64,000 nt of DNA, taken from NCBI GenBank assembly GCA_964016885.1, contig OZ024740.1, forward strand, positions 80,600,001 through 80,664,000, in the 5' to 3' direction. This stretch comes from Eledone cirrhosa (taxonomy: Eukaryota). Both the position numbers and the translations under genes were made by a program. A model generated the notes under the pieces. It saw only the letters and a program-made list of their open reading frames with translations, did not search any database and was not told the DNA's origin. Shown here piece after piece: positions 41,955 through 55,119 of this stretch (position 1 is its first letter; the number at the start of each line of letters is the position of its first letter).

Positions 41955-42147
41955 CAATAAACGAAGCTAAATTTTGAATATTTGACTTATATTTAACTTT
42001 ATTTTATATATATATATATATAAAAATAAATACATACACACACACACATATATGCATATATATATACATACATACACATACACATACATACACATACATA
42101 TATATATATATATACACAAATATACATACATAAACATATATTTATAT

Positions 42148-42201
<54 letters not shown>

Positions 42202-42753
42202 ATATACACATATATACATGTATATATACAAATAAGTACTCAGAAATATACGCATATACACAGGCACATAAATACATCTCTACAAGCAGAAAATGCAGAT
42301 AGGTAAGAGGTACTCACATAACCATAGTGGCCGTATTTCAGGTTGATAGCTAATAAGCTTGAAACTGGTACAGCGTTCCTTTGTCAGTGTTGAACAAACG
42401 AGCAACGATGGTTGCTGGACACTACGGCTTAATACGGGATGTTTGTTTACAAACACACCGAGCATTATAATAAATGTTCGGTGAATCCATACGTACATAT
42501 ATATATGTGTGCCTGTATGTATATATATATACATACTACTGTACGTCTGTATACATATATGTATGTACGTGCACATACTTATATTTAAGTAACAGCCTAA
42601 CTAAGAGTGGGAAATGAAATTTCGTTTCATTTTTTCCGTTTATCGTTTTCGGTGAACCCGGCCGATTAACCCACTCGATATGCAAATTGGGCTACTCAGC
42701 CGTTAATATGCATAAGGTAAGTATATACGTTCAACAATCTGGCAGGGAAGTAT

Positions 42754-42796
42754 ACGTTGCTGACGATAGCTAATAAGCTTGAAACTGGTACAGCGT
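42754..42796 (+). ncRNA. Minimal type I hammerhead (array unit 2)
   Basis: ACGUUG-CUGACGA-U-AGCU/AGCU-U-GAAA-CUGG-UA-CAGCGU; cleavage predicted after 42790. Confidence 0.82.
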
Positions 42797-43177
42797 TCCT
42801 TTGTCAGTGTTGAACAAACGAGCAACGATGGTTGCTGGACACTACGGCTTAATACGGGATGTTTGTTTACAAACACACTGAGCATTATAATAAATGTTCG
42901 GTGAATCCATACGTACATATATATATATGTGTGCCTGTATGTATATATATATACATACTACTGTACGTCTGAATACATATATCTATGTACGTGTACATAC
43001 TTATATTTAAGTAACAGCCGTACTAAGAGTGGGAAATGAAATTTCGTTTCATTTTTTCCGTTTATCGTTTTCGGTGCACCCGGCCGATTAACCCACTCGA
43101 TATGCAAATTGGTCTACTCAGCCATTAATATGCATAACGTAAGTATATACGTTAAACAATCTGGCAGGAAGGTATAC

Positions 43178-43216
43178 GTTGCTGACGATAGCTAATAAGC
43201 TTGAAACTAGTACAGC
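43178..43216 (+). ncRNA. Minimal type I hammerhead (array unit 3)
   Basis: Intact core; palindromic stem III ACUAGU; GUA triplet; cleavage predicted after 43212. Confidence 0.82.
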
Positions 43217-43595
43217 TGTCCTTTGTCAGTGTTGAACAAACGAGCAACGATGGATGCTAGACACTACGGCTTAATACGGGATGTTTGTTTATAAACACAC
43301 CGAGCATTATAATAAATGTTCGGTGAATCCATACGTACATATATATATGTGTGCATGTATGTATATATATATACATACTACTGTACGTCTGAATACATAT
43401 ATCTATGTACGTGTACATACTTATATTTAAGTAACAGCCGTACTAAGAGTGGGAAATGAAATTCCGTTTCATTTTTTCCGTTTATCGTTTTCGGTGCACC
43501 CGGCCGATTAACCCACTCGATATGCAAATTGGTCTACTCAGCCATTAATATGCATAAGGTAAGTATATACGTTCAACAATCTGGCAGGGATGTAT

Positions 43596-43638
43596 ACATT
43601 GCTGACGATAGCTAATAAGCTTGAAACTAGTACAGCGT
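43596..43638 (+). ncRNA. Minimal type I hammerhead (array unit 4)
   Basis: Intact core; ACUAGU; one stem I mismatch; cleavage predicted after 43632. Confidence 0.78.
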
Positions 43639-43910
43639 TCCTTTGTCAGTGTTGAACAAACGAGCAACGATGGTTACTAGACACTACGGCTTAATACGGG
43701 AAGTTTGTTTATAAACACACCAAGAATTATAATAAATGTTCGGTGAATCCATACGTACATATATATATATATATATGTGTGCATGTATGTATATATATAT
43801 ACATACTACTGTACGTCTGTATACATATATGTATGTACGTGTACATACTTATATTTAAGTAACAGCCGTACTAAGAGTGGGAAATGAAATTTTGTTTCAT
43901 TTTTTCCGTT

Positions 43911-43949
<39 letters not shown>

Positions 43950-43954
<5 letters not shown>

Positions 43955-44335
43955 AGTACAATAACGACAAACACATATAACCACACACTAGTGAACAAAG
44001 ATAGAATACGAAAACAAAAACACATACACTCAAACACGAACGCACACAAACGCATGCGAAGAGACAAGAACAAATAAATAAATGAAATAAAAATGGCGTA
44101 GTCTTTATAATACAATGGGAGGAAACATAATAGTACCACTGATTATGTTGCAGATGTGTGACGAAAGAACTTTGATAGACTATATATATATTTATATCTG
44201 TATTTCTATCCGTTCGTCAATAAATGATAAACATTGATTGCCAAATTTATTAACTATGGAGATATAAAAGATACAGAAGCGAAAACCATCCCAAACCAAA
44301 CAGTGAGTGTTTTATGTTATTATTTCTGGCAATGT
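43950..44335 (+). mobile_element. Family B pLTR with decayed HHR (44134-44177)
   Basis: Reverse complement resembles 16360-16810; core CUGAUUA. Confidence 0.75.
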
Positions 44336-44365
44336 TATAACAATAATATGAGCCTCCACACGTAT

Positions 44366-44415
<50 letters not shown>

Positions 44416-44799
44416 ACATAATTTTTCATCTTTGGCGTTTCAATCGATTATAGTATTTAGAGTGCCAACCTTTCCAGACTAGTATTTTGGAAAAATATAC
44501 CATTTCTATTTCCCAATGGGTGCAAAAATAATAGATTATAATTACAAGAGATACTCCCTTGTCAATGAAATCTCAAGAAATATTTTGAAAAGTGTAGTAA
44601 AAAGATAGAAATGTACAGTAATAGAATATGAATAAAGTAGCGTGAAAAAGGAAATATATCTAGAATAGATGACGATCGAGAAAATAGAAAAACAGAAAAA
44701 AAATGTAAATGAAGAATGAGAGTATTACGAAAATATATACAGAAATGTGAGCATGTGTGCCTGTAAGACGTTAGATAAGTAAAGCTGGAATGATCTAGC

Positions 44800-46000
44800 T
44801 ACGTAAAGATGCGTTTCAAAATATATACTTTTCGAAAAAAACTTATGAACTTGCATTTACATAGTGATTATGGCTATGTAAAGTTTTATGAATGAAGCGT
44901 TTCTTTACCCTATGCAAAGATCGAAACCTTTCTTTCCATTGTTGTAGTGTTTTTATCTTTTAATAAGGTCCCGTTTGATGTTTAAATGGAAAGCTTTCCT
45001 TTTATTTCTGAGATTTATCCGGGTAATTTTCTCATTCATCGCTTATCGGTATTGTTAAAAGAAAGTGTATGGTTGAAGGTCAGTATCTGAACATTCTTTC
45101 TTGATTATTTAACCTTTTTGTGGGACATTTTATGTTTGGTTTTATGGAGATAAACAATGTTCAATAAATGCCACCTCCTGCATTATAAGACATATCGAAT
45201 AGATAGTTGGATATTTTTCCTGTGACCCAGTTTTGTTTATAGTGTATGTGATATCAATGTTTTCACTTTTGAGGTACCACTGCAGTTTAATCTGAAATTG
45301 CGTCCGTATTTAATTTTTTCTTTATTTATAATTGGTTCCGAATATGTATCAGTTTAGTCTAGAAAGTGTTTTGCAACATTATATATAACAGTAAGTAATA
45401 GGGCCTGAATAATATGTTGTTACGGCCTCTTTTCTTACTTGAGGGTAAGCTAATTTAGTCCGTGAAGTCATGGAGATATGTTATCGTATGTAAGTGGGGT
45501 ATGGGTGGGGTGGCTGCCTCATCAATGTCTTTTTTAAATTTAGGGAGGACTTGAAAATCCTAATAATATTGTTGATGATGTTTCAGAAAACTATGAACCG
45601 GTGGCATGATTCTCTGTTAATATAAATGAATGTGTTATCTGGTTATCTAAAGGATTTATGTAAGTTAGAGGTTAAAATTAGGGTAATTGTAGTTAAGATA
45701 TGTTCATCGTACTCCTACTGAATGTGTGGTGGTGTCCATGTGGGGGGTGTTTCTTTTAATAGAGGGAAATGTATTTTGGCTATGGCTGTAGTTAATTTTA
45801 GATTTGCGGGTACGTTAATCCACGTTATATTTCATCTATTTCAACGTCTATTCTGTATATTTGGTGGTATTATATATTTGATGTTTTATGTTGAAACTAC
45901 CGCGCTATAAGTTATTATTTTATGTACTGGAAATTATCAGTGAATTCTTTTTCACTTGCTGATACGCTGGATATTCTAAAGAATATATTTTAAAGCTGAT
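44800..46000 (-). mobile_element. Highly eroded Hydra-like PLE remnant
   Basis: Degenerate translations PDNTFIYINRESCH, NVAKHF, NHTLSF..KR, YNNGKKGFDLC occur in the expected order. Confidence 0.55.
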
Positions 46001-46082
46001 ATTCAGTGATGAGTTTTGGGTGAGTTGAAATATTATGTATATAGGCTAGTGTTTCATTTGGATTATGGAAAGTCGAATATGA

Positions 46083-46252
46083 CCCTTAGTAGAGACTTCT
46101 GGTGTCCTTGGCCCTAGGGCTACCCGCTACTCACCACCATAGGCGCTGAGCTGGCTAGCCGCACGTGTGAACCTCGCGAGATGGAATGGCTCTTCCAGCG
46201 CATCTTCCTCAACATCCTCCGGGGAAACATCTTCTCTACTCTGTCAGCCGGG
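46083..46252 (+). mobile_element. CRE-like non-LTR retrotransposon RLE C-terminal fragment
   Basis: VETSGVLGPRA/LLTTIGAELASRTCEPREMEWLFQRIFLNILRGN with one frameshift; GC-rich island. Confidence 0.7.
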
Positions 46253-46646
46253 TCAGTGGGACGACCAGTTCGTGGGACCCCATTTGCTTATGATAGTGAA
46301 AGATGAGGAGAGTGAGAAAGACGGAGGTGATGAAAGTGAGAGTTTGGCTCCCCTGTGTTCGGACCTGGTGTACATATATGTTGCTGTTTGCTTGTATTCA
46401 TTCGATATTATATGCATGACAAGATCGATTTTATATACCCAGAGTACAATCTCTTGACCTACTTTCAGTCAATACCCCTTCTAGTCAATTTCCTGGTGCC
46501 AATTCTACCTCAAAGCATAAATACAGGCTGCAGCAAGAGAACCAGCCAAAATCTAGAGGTTACCAAAACATCACAGTATCATACTAAATAATCCATCGGG
46601 ATAAATGCAGTTTATATTAAGTTTTGGTAACTGTATATAGTTGTGG

Positions 46647-46683
<37 letters not shown>

Positions 46684-47214
46684 AGTGGTGGAGATGACAA
46701 TGATGACAATGATGATGATGGTGATGATGATGATCATTTGAATGATGTTTATGATTACGATGATAGCACGTCAAAATGGTGGAATCGCATTTAACTCAAT
46801 TATATTGACTTTGAGAACATCAATACAACTGTTTTACAATCTTCTGTTCGGATTTAAACTCAGTCTATATAGTTAGCTTAATATTGAATGGAAGTGGATT
46901 TTGAACTAATATCTCTGTTGGCATTTCAAGAGAATGCTCATACAATGCGGACATTTTAACAGAGATTTGAGAATAATTTGGCTGATTTTCTGTCTACAGA
47001 GATTTTGTTTATAGAGATAAGGCGTTTACATCGCACTATTAATACAATGACGGTCAATTGCATATAATCTGGTGGAGCGTGTAGCATTAAATAAAAAAAA
47101 TTGAAATAAACCAGTAATCTCTCTCAGTTTCTCCCTTTTTCTCTGTATACACACATACATACACTCACACACACACATATATATATATATATAGACACAC
47201 ACACACACACACAC

Positions 47215-47316
<102 letters not shown>

Positions 47317-47938
47317 ATGTATACACATATCTATAGACATAGAGATACACGTATACAGATATATATGAATTATATATTGTTTAGATAAGCGAAGGTTTGG
47401 TAGGATTATATTTATATTATTGTATATCTTTGTGAGAATTCTTGTACGTATTTCAATTATATAAATATGGGCAATCATATAATATACATATATATTTTTT
47501 ATGCAAATATAAATATTTAAATTTCAAAAATATATTGTGTAAGATAATTCCTTTGTTTTATGTCATTTTCGAAAACGATACAATCATTAAAAACAACATA
47601 CTAAAATACAAATAAATACTTTTATTTTCTCCATATACTGTAATCGAAATTAAAACTCTGATGGTTACAACGTTGGAAATATTATAACTTAAAGCATAAA
47701 TAAACAAAAAAGAAATATATTAAATTATAAAGAGAGTATATTCGGTTTTAATATTCATTTCATTCAATAGTATTTCATATTTTATATTTTTCATTTTAAT
47801 CATTGTTTACTCATACGAAAATATTTGTTTAAACACTTTCAAATACTATACGTCTGTATATAGATATATCTATAAATATACATATATATGTAAATATATA
47901 TTTTAAATGTATATTATATATTGTACATATTCTGTGTG

Positions 47939-47993
<55 letters not shown>

Positions 47994-48260
47994 ATATATA
48001 TATATATGTGTATGTACATATATATATGTATGTGTATAAATGTATGTATATATATAAATAAGTATATATATATATATGTATATGTATATATATATATACA
48101 TCATATATATATATATATATATATACATATGTGTGTGTACATAGATATATATATATTTATATATATACATGTAGGTACACACACATATATATATATATAT
48201 CATGTATATATATATATACATACATATATATATACTTATGTATATATATATACATATATT

Positions 48261-48365
<105 letters not shown>

Positions 48366-48506
48366 GTATATATATATGTATATATATATATATTTATATA
48401 TATACATATATGTATATATATAAATATATATCATATTGAGTTATAAACTCGAAATAGTCTTTTACAATTAAATAGCTCAAAGAAGGGAATATTTCCGAGC
48501 CGTGTA

Positions 48507-48615
48507 ATACAAATGAATATATCAGAGGGATGAACACTGATACAAGTATACATTTGCAATTCAAACACATGTATACTTGTATCAGTGTTCATCCCTCTCA
48601 TATATTCATTTGTAT
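48507..48615. repeat. Near-perfect inverted repeat, 47-bp arms, 15-nt loop
   Basis: 48507-48553 vs 48569-48615, one mismatch. Confidence 0.9.
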
Positions 48616-48625
48616 ATATATATAT

Positions 48626-48767
48626 ATATGGTTAATTATGCTAATTGGGAGAGGTAATGGTATATATTTTATCTGGAGATTCTATAGACATGTTTTATGA
48701 TATATAACTCTGATTATTTAATTTATTAACTCTTCATTGAGCCACAAAGTGACCCGTTGCAAAACGC

Positions 48768-48805
<38 letters not shown>

Positions 48806-49370
48806 ACATCTTTATATGTAATAATCTCCCGTAAGGTTGAGATAAAATTTTGGCTGTATTGTGCTGCGCTTTCTAGCAAAAAGCCACCAGCCGTAAGCAA
48901 CTATTCACATCCTTTCTAACCTAACCGCTGCTATGTCACGATTCTTAGCCAGTTTTAAATGTATTCTTGGCGCGATCACTTTGGAAAACTTATTGTCTAA
49001 ATTTGAGCTAACTTCCTGAAGAGTCCGGTGCTCTAGGTGTCCAATGCTATCGGATATCTTCAAATGCGGACGAAACCATGGTAGAGGTAACTAAATATGT
49101 TCACTTTTCTCCTAGTTTATTTTACACCTAATTCTGTTTAATTGACTGTATATCTGGGCGATTCATACACGCTGTCGAAATACTCGATAAATATTCCGTC
49201 GCAATTGACGCGAAGGGCTGCTTTCGGTTATTTGTCGGAGATTTTTTCATAGAAGCCTTTATTCTTATAGCTTGGTCTAATCGATTTTTTATATGGTTAA
49301 TTATTCTAATTGGGAGAGGAAATGGTATATATTTTATCTGGTGATTCTATAGACATGTTTTATGATATAT
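48626..49370 (+). mobile_element. ORF-less solo pLTR/retrozyme-like unit with ~80-bp terminal direct repeat
   Basis: 48626-48705 repeated at 49291-49370; (TA)n flanks; contains an intact HHR. Confidence 0.75.
49011..49088 (+). ncRNA. Type I hammerhead ribozyme with long stem II loop
   Basis: ACUUC-CUGAAGA-GUCCG..CGGAC-GAAA-CCAUGG-UA-GAGGU; palindrome ACCAUGGU; GUA triplet. Confidence 0.87.
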
Positions 49371-49380
49371 ATATATATAT

Positions 49381-51294
49381 ATTGTTATGCTTTGGGAGGG
49401 TCATGTTGCCAATAAGAAACACACGCACCAGTTGCTTTCACCCCAATTTATTATTAATTAAATTTATAAATTGAAGAATTTATAAATTTCCGGTTGGTTA
49501 GTTCCACAATTGTTCATATATTGTCAAAGTTCTTTCGTCACACATTCTGTGACTTCTTCAGTGACTGGGGATTCTTTTATTTGTTTTTGTGTCTCTCCTT
49601 TGTTCTCTCCTACGCCATCTTGTTTTTGTGTGTGTTGTGTGCTTAGTTTGCGCATGTGTTGCATCCGGGTGTCTGTGTATGTTTATATTTGTTTATTTAT
49701 TTGTTTATTTACATATTACTGGTTGGTTGTTAGTTCTATGTGTGTGTGTGTTTTCATTTTGTCCTTAATTGTAAGTTGTGATGTTGCTATGCCATTCATG
49801 TTTTCTATTTAATTTTGGTTGGAGTTCATTTACGTTTATTGTCTCTGTGATTTGTCTAAACATTGCGTCTTTTCTGTGTGTAGATCCTATTTTTATTTCT
49901 ATGTTCTCTAATTTACCCTTATGTTCTATTTTAGCATGTTGGTGGAGTACAGATGATTCTTTACTATCTTGAAGCCCTCGCCAGTGTTCATTTATCCGTT
50001 CTCCTATACTACGAGCTGTTTCACCCATGTACACTATATTCTTATCTCTACATTGTCCTTTAGTACATCTTATGCTATATACTACATTTCTAGTTTTACA
50101 GTTAATATGGGGGCTTAGTTTACAGATCATACATTTCTTATCTATACAGGGAGGTCTTTGAAAAGGGTATGTATTGCTAATAAGTGTTTTTATGGAGTTA
50201 CCTAGTCTTTCTACTATCTTAATATTGAGTTTATGTTTATCTAGGGCCCTTCTAAATTTGTATGTTAATTCACCTCTAGGGGTTGTATTGATGAACATTA
50301 CACTCTGGTATTTATTGCTATCATACCATAAGTTTATTCTATTAACCTTATTCCTAGTTCTTTCTATTCTATTCCAAAATTTGCTCCTATACAAGGGACA
50401 AGTCCCATCTGTATCATTATTTACCATTTTTCCCATTTGGTTCTGGCTCCTCTATATACTCTGATTTTATGTCTCTGATTGTAACCAGAGAACTGCATAC
50501 GGTGGATGAAGTGTTGTATGTGTCTCTCTAGTTCTTTCGGGTAGCACATGCGGGACACGTTTCTCATCACCCGTACCAAATCCGCAATCAGTATGTTGAT
50601 TTTGGTGTAGTCCGAAACAGCTGAGTTTCGGTGGATCAGATATTTGGAAGTCATGGGTTTGGCATAACGAGAATGGGGGATTTGTTTTTTGTTATTAATT
50701 AATTATTTTGTTATTAATTAATTATTAAATGTTATTATTTGTTATTAATGGTTTCTAACCAGAGCTCTGTACAGGTAATCAGTGGTTGGGGTGTTTGCTT
50801 GGGTAGTCTATAGTAACTCTAATACTCTGGTGGATTGAGTTAGCTATTTGCTGGATGCCCTCCATGGTGTTTTTCTCTAATTCCTGACTGTTCTCTAGTG
50901 GGGGTATTTTTACCACGATGTTTATATCATCAACGTAGCGGGAGTACATTATCAGGGTTAAGAGGTTGCTGTCTTCTAATTGTTCTTTAAGTTTAAGTTT
51001 AAGTTTATTGTCCCACCATACCATGAATAGGTTAGCTATGTCACCTGCAATGCTAACACCAATGGCTGCTCCCTCCTCTTGGGCATATGTGTTTCCATTA
51101 AATGTGTACATATGTTCCTTAAGGGTTAATTTTATACTGGCCCCCACCGCATGTGCAATCATTTTCTTTAGTTCATCGTGGTTTTCGGGGATCCGTATGG
51201 CTCTGGTCCACCCCTTCCATCTATCTGTGTGGGTTTTCTTGACCATTGAGGTAATGGTAGGTGGTTTGCCTCTTGCTGGTCTGGTATAAATCAT
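49381..51294 (-). mobile_element. PLE family A, 5'-truncated (RT, thumb, GIY-YIG, pLTR)
   Basis: GAAIGVSIAGDIANLFM..RYVDD; NVVYSIRC..YMGET; both ends at TA-rich repeats. Confidence 0.9.
49523..49565 (-). ncRNA. Minimal type I hammerhead (family A)
   Basis: GUCA-CUGAAGA-A-GUCACA/UGUGAC-GAAA-GAAC-UU-UGAC. Confidence 0.8.
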
Positions 51295-51359
51295 ATATAC
51301 ATCATATATACAATATATAATATATATTTATAATATATATGTATATATATATATACAAT

Positions 51360-54190
51360 GATATTAAAAAATGGAAACTATATTTATAAAACCATATTTA
51401 TTCTATTATATATATTTCAAGGGTACCAAAAACTTTGGTACGCTTTCATCAGATAAAATACAAAGTGTGTTTTATAAATTTTGACATAGACAAGGAACCT
51501 ACCTTAACGTTTGAAGTTTTTTTTTGCAACAGAATTTTCAAAATTGTTAAGATGAGTATGTAAATGAATATGTAAATGAAATTGAGGTATATGTTTGTAA
51601 ACACGTTATTTTAGACGCTATGGGGAATTTAGATATGTGTTTGTATTAGAAGGAAAGAAAGAAAAGGAAGAAAAAGCAAAAAGAAAAAGGAAAAACGAAA
51701 AGAAAACCTTATATTTACGTTAATTTGAGGTAAAAAATTTGAATATTTACCTATATTATGTATATACTTATATGGAGAATTATATTTGTAAGTATTTATC
51801 TTATTACATTTTGTAGTACTTTATATGTATAAATAACTGTATATATTAATAATTGCATATGTATTAGTATTAAAGAGATATAGAACATTTACAATTATTA
51901 GTTGTTTATAATATGAGTTACGAGGGATAATGATTTTGTGTTTTATGTAAATAAATAGGTATTTCAATTTATGGGAGGAAAACAATTTATAGATTTGAAT
52001 ATTTTGTTCAGCATTGAAAATGTTTTCATAATATTATTAATTTATTGAAGTTACGTATATAATAAGTTTACTCGATTGAGAAAGGTAGATAACTGCAATT
52101 TTGTTTGTTAATCGATAAATTTGAAGAGTTAGTGTGAGATTAATTATTTTAGTCGAAAGATGTGTGAATGTTTGAGGAGATACGTAATGTGCTTATCTAA
52201 GAAACTGTTGTGAAGAGAATAATTTTTTCTAATGTCAGTTAATGATTATCAATCTACTCCTAAAAAATATATCTTTAGAGGGTTTCATTAGAAAAATAAT
52301 AATGTAAGAATTAAAAATTAAATATTAAAAATTAAAATTATATACATACACATATACATATATAAATATATATATATATTAAAAGAAATTTTTTGCTGAA
52401 AGGTAAAAGTATTACAAATATTAGAGATATTCACATTTAGAAATATTAAAATATTAAAAATATTAATAATTTTAAATTGTTAAAGAGGATAGGATCATTT
52501 TGAAGGATTATAGGAATATTATAAATTAAACATAGTTCTGAACGTGGAATTTTGGCGATGTCTGCAAGAAGAAAATAACTCTGTTCTGAGATTAATAGAC
52601 TTTTGACAGTTAATTATATAAAAAATTTCTTCGATACATAATTTAGAGAATCTTGATAAAGCAGGTGTTTTCGAAATCGTTTTCCAAGATATTGAATAGT
52701 CTATATTCTTGCCTTTTAAGTTCCATATAAGATGTGAAAGTGAAGTAGAAGATTTTTTATCAGATCTTTTAAAAGTATGATTATGGTTATTCCAGCGTTC
52801 TTTAAATTTTGTAGAAGTGGCACCTACATAGTTAAATATTTTATCTCTAGCTTTAACTGTGCATTTATAAACTACGCTTTTATCTAAACAATTATTTTGT
52901 AAAGGGCAGTTTGATTTGATTCTACAGTTACATTTTACGGAGTTGTTGTTGCTCGAAACGGTACTATTATACTGGGTATTGCTAGAAATATTATTATTGC
53001 TATTTTGGTTATTTTGGTTAGGTTTTAAATTTAAGTTTCTATTATTAATTCTATTTATATGTTGTGCTATGTTCATGGTAGTAGAGTAGAATAGTTTTAT
53101 AGTATGCCTGTTAAAAATAGAGTGGTATCTCTGGGCTTTAGGAAAACAGTTATCTAGTGCTTTAAAGAATAGGTTTGCTAATAGCTTTGCTAACGCTTAA
53201 TGAGAATGGGGGGAGTACCAAATAATATTTCTAGTTCTAGTTTCTTTGTTTGGTTTAGAGTTTAAGTTAAATTGTTTAATATTATTATAATTAATACTAG
53301 GATGGTTTGCCATGTTATTGTTATCAATGTATTTAATTTTATTCGAATATCCAGCTCTATTTAAAGCTTTATAATATTCAGCCTTATCATCAAACATATT
53401 TTTATTCAGCCTTATAATATTCAGCCTTATCATCAAACATATTTTTATTAACAGTGATGCGTGAAATCCGTTGTTGGACATTATTAACAATAGTGTTTTT
53501 AATACTTCTAGGACGATTAGCGTTAAAACTTACGTAATTTAGATTTTCGTTAATTTTATGGAAAGGATAGAAAAGACCTGTGTAAGGTTTAAGGTTACGT
53601 CTAAGAAGTTAACGATTTTGTAGTTATTCTCTATTTCTAACTTAAGGTTGTAGTTATTGAAGAATTGTATTATGGATTTTCTTTTCCTATTAATTTCACA
53701 ATTGCTATGGTTTTCAATTAAAAGCAGCATATCGTCACGATATAAACCACCGGTCATCTCTGGCATTTTTCTATGCAGTACAATATTAATAAATAAACCA
53801 ACAAGATCCGTTCTTTGCGCCGAGTCAGATGATCCCGTAGTGATATCAAAATTGTTTTTTTCTGTCGGCTTTTGTCCAGAGATGATTATTGAATTCTATT
53901 AGTGTTTTCCGTGCTGTTAGAATTATATTCATTTCATCACTAGATAGGTCTGTATGTTTAGATGCGTAGATAAGAGCCTTATTAAGTAAACTAGGAGTAA
54001 TAGAGGAGTAGTAATTTGCAATATCCATTTGAATTAATTTTTTGTTATGTTTTAATTTTATGTTATTGAACCAATCTATAATTTGTTAGTACCGTTCCAT
54101 AGTTTCAGGTGTGATTTTTCTTTAAGTTGTGGTATAATTCTATCTAATATATATTTGCTAATTATGCCTAACTCTGATTTAGATGGTGCT
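51360..54190 (-). mobile_element. AT-rich Hydra-clade-like PLE, 5'-truncated, long 3' UTR
   Basis: DIANYYSSIT, GLYRDD, VNFLDVTLNL, CNC..CPL..C, YVG, CRH. Confidence 0.87.
51399..51460 (-). ncRNA. Type I hammerhead ribozyme
   Basis: UAUUUUAU-CUGAUGA-(AAG-GUACCAAA/UUUGGUAC-CUU)-GAAA-UAUAUA-UA-AUAGAAUA. Confidence 0.85.
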
Positions 54191-54752
54191 AAAAATAAGG
54201 AATATCTAAAACAACACATTGAGAAATCTGACTCCGTTATACGAAGACTTAGATCAAATATATATAATAGAATAAATAAGGTTTTATAAATATAGTTTCG
54301 ATTTATTTAATATCATTGAATATTATACTCCAGAAAAAGCTGTCGAGTGCTCTGTATCAGTTATAAACATTTATATTTGTTGAATTATTAATGTATGTCA
54401 TAAATATATATATATTCACTGAGAAAGTGACTTCCTCGTTCAATCATCTTACCAGAAGACTAACATTATTTGTCTAAGCGGACAGTACTTGATTTAGGAG
54501 TCGCAGAAACCCAAATGCTGAATTTTTACCAACCACATTTTTCAATCACATATTTTTATTTGTTTGACCCAAATTACTTGGTCGTTTCTATGGCTGTGCG
54601 GATAATGCTTTAACCATCGTCTCAGTATGTTTGGCCTTTTAACGTATGTTGTAGCTCTGGTTCGTTAGAATTATTGAGCGCTTGCCACACATCTCGGAAG
54701 TTGTTTTTCGCTAATTTCCAAAACCAAAATACGATTCTCGCTAATTTATATT

Positions 54753-54791
<39 letters not shown>

Positions 54792-55043
54792 GTATAAATA
54801 TTTATATTAATTCTGTTGTCTATAGCTACAAAGATACGTATGTCACGCTAAGGTACGTAAGCTAAACTTGTAAAGATTTTGTAAACTGTGAGAGAGTAAA
54901 AGGTTATCAGCGGTTCATTACCATGTGATAAATAAACATGTGAAACTTCAAAGTAACAAAGTTACCTTTTAGCCTTAATAATGCAGATCAAAACTCTACT
55001 TCGGTATTGAATATTCCCTTTTCTCAGCCGTAAATCAGATGCT

Positions 55044-55114
<71 letters not shown>

Positions 55115-55119
<5 letters not shown>

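Larger units (their letters stand above)
42345..43912 (+). repeat. Retrozyme-like tandem array, ~3.7 units of 420-422 bp, one hammerhead per unit, no ORF
   Basis: GATAGCTAATAAGCTTGAAAC at 42345, 42765, 43187, 43607; ends at (TA)n. Confidence 0.9.

Noticed and set aside
42313-42347. Minus-strand GTGAGT donor suggesting the array disrupted an exon
   Set aside because: Only ~30 nt and the upstream half cannot be found
42345-43912. CRISPR-like regular repeats
   Set aside because: Whole 420-bp units repeat; there are no unique spacers or cas genes, and the context is eukaryotic
46571-46774. His-rich ORF
   Set aside because: (GAT/CAT)n microsatellite
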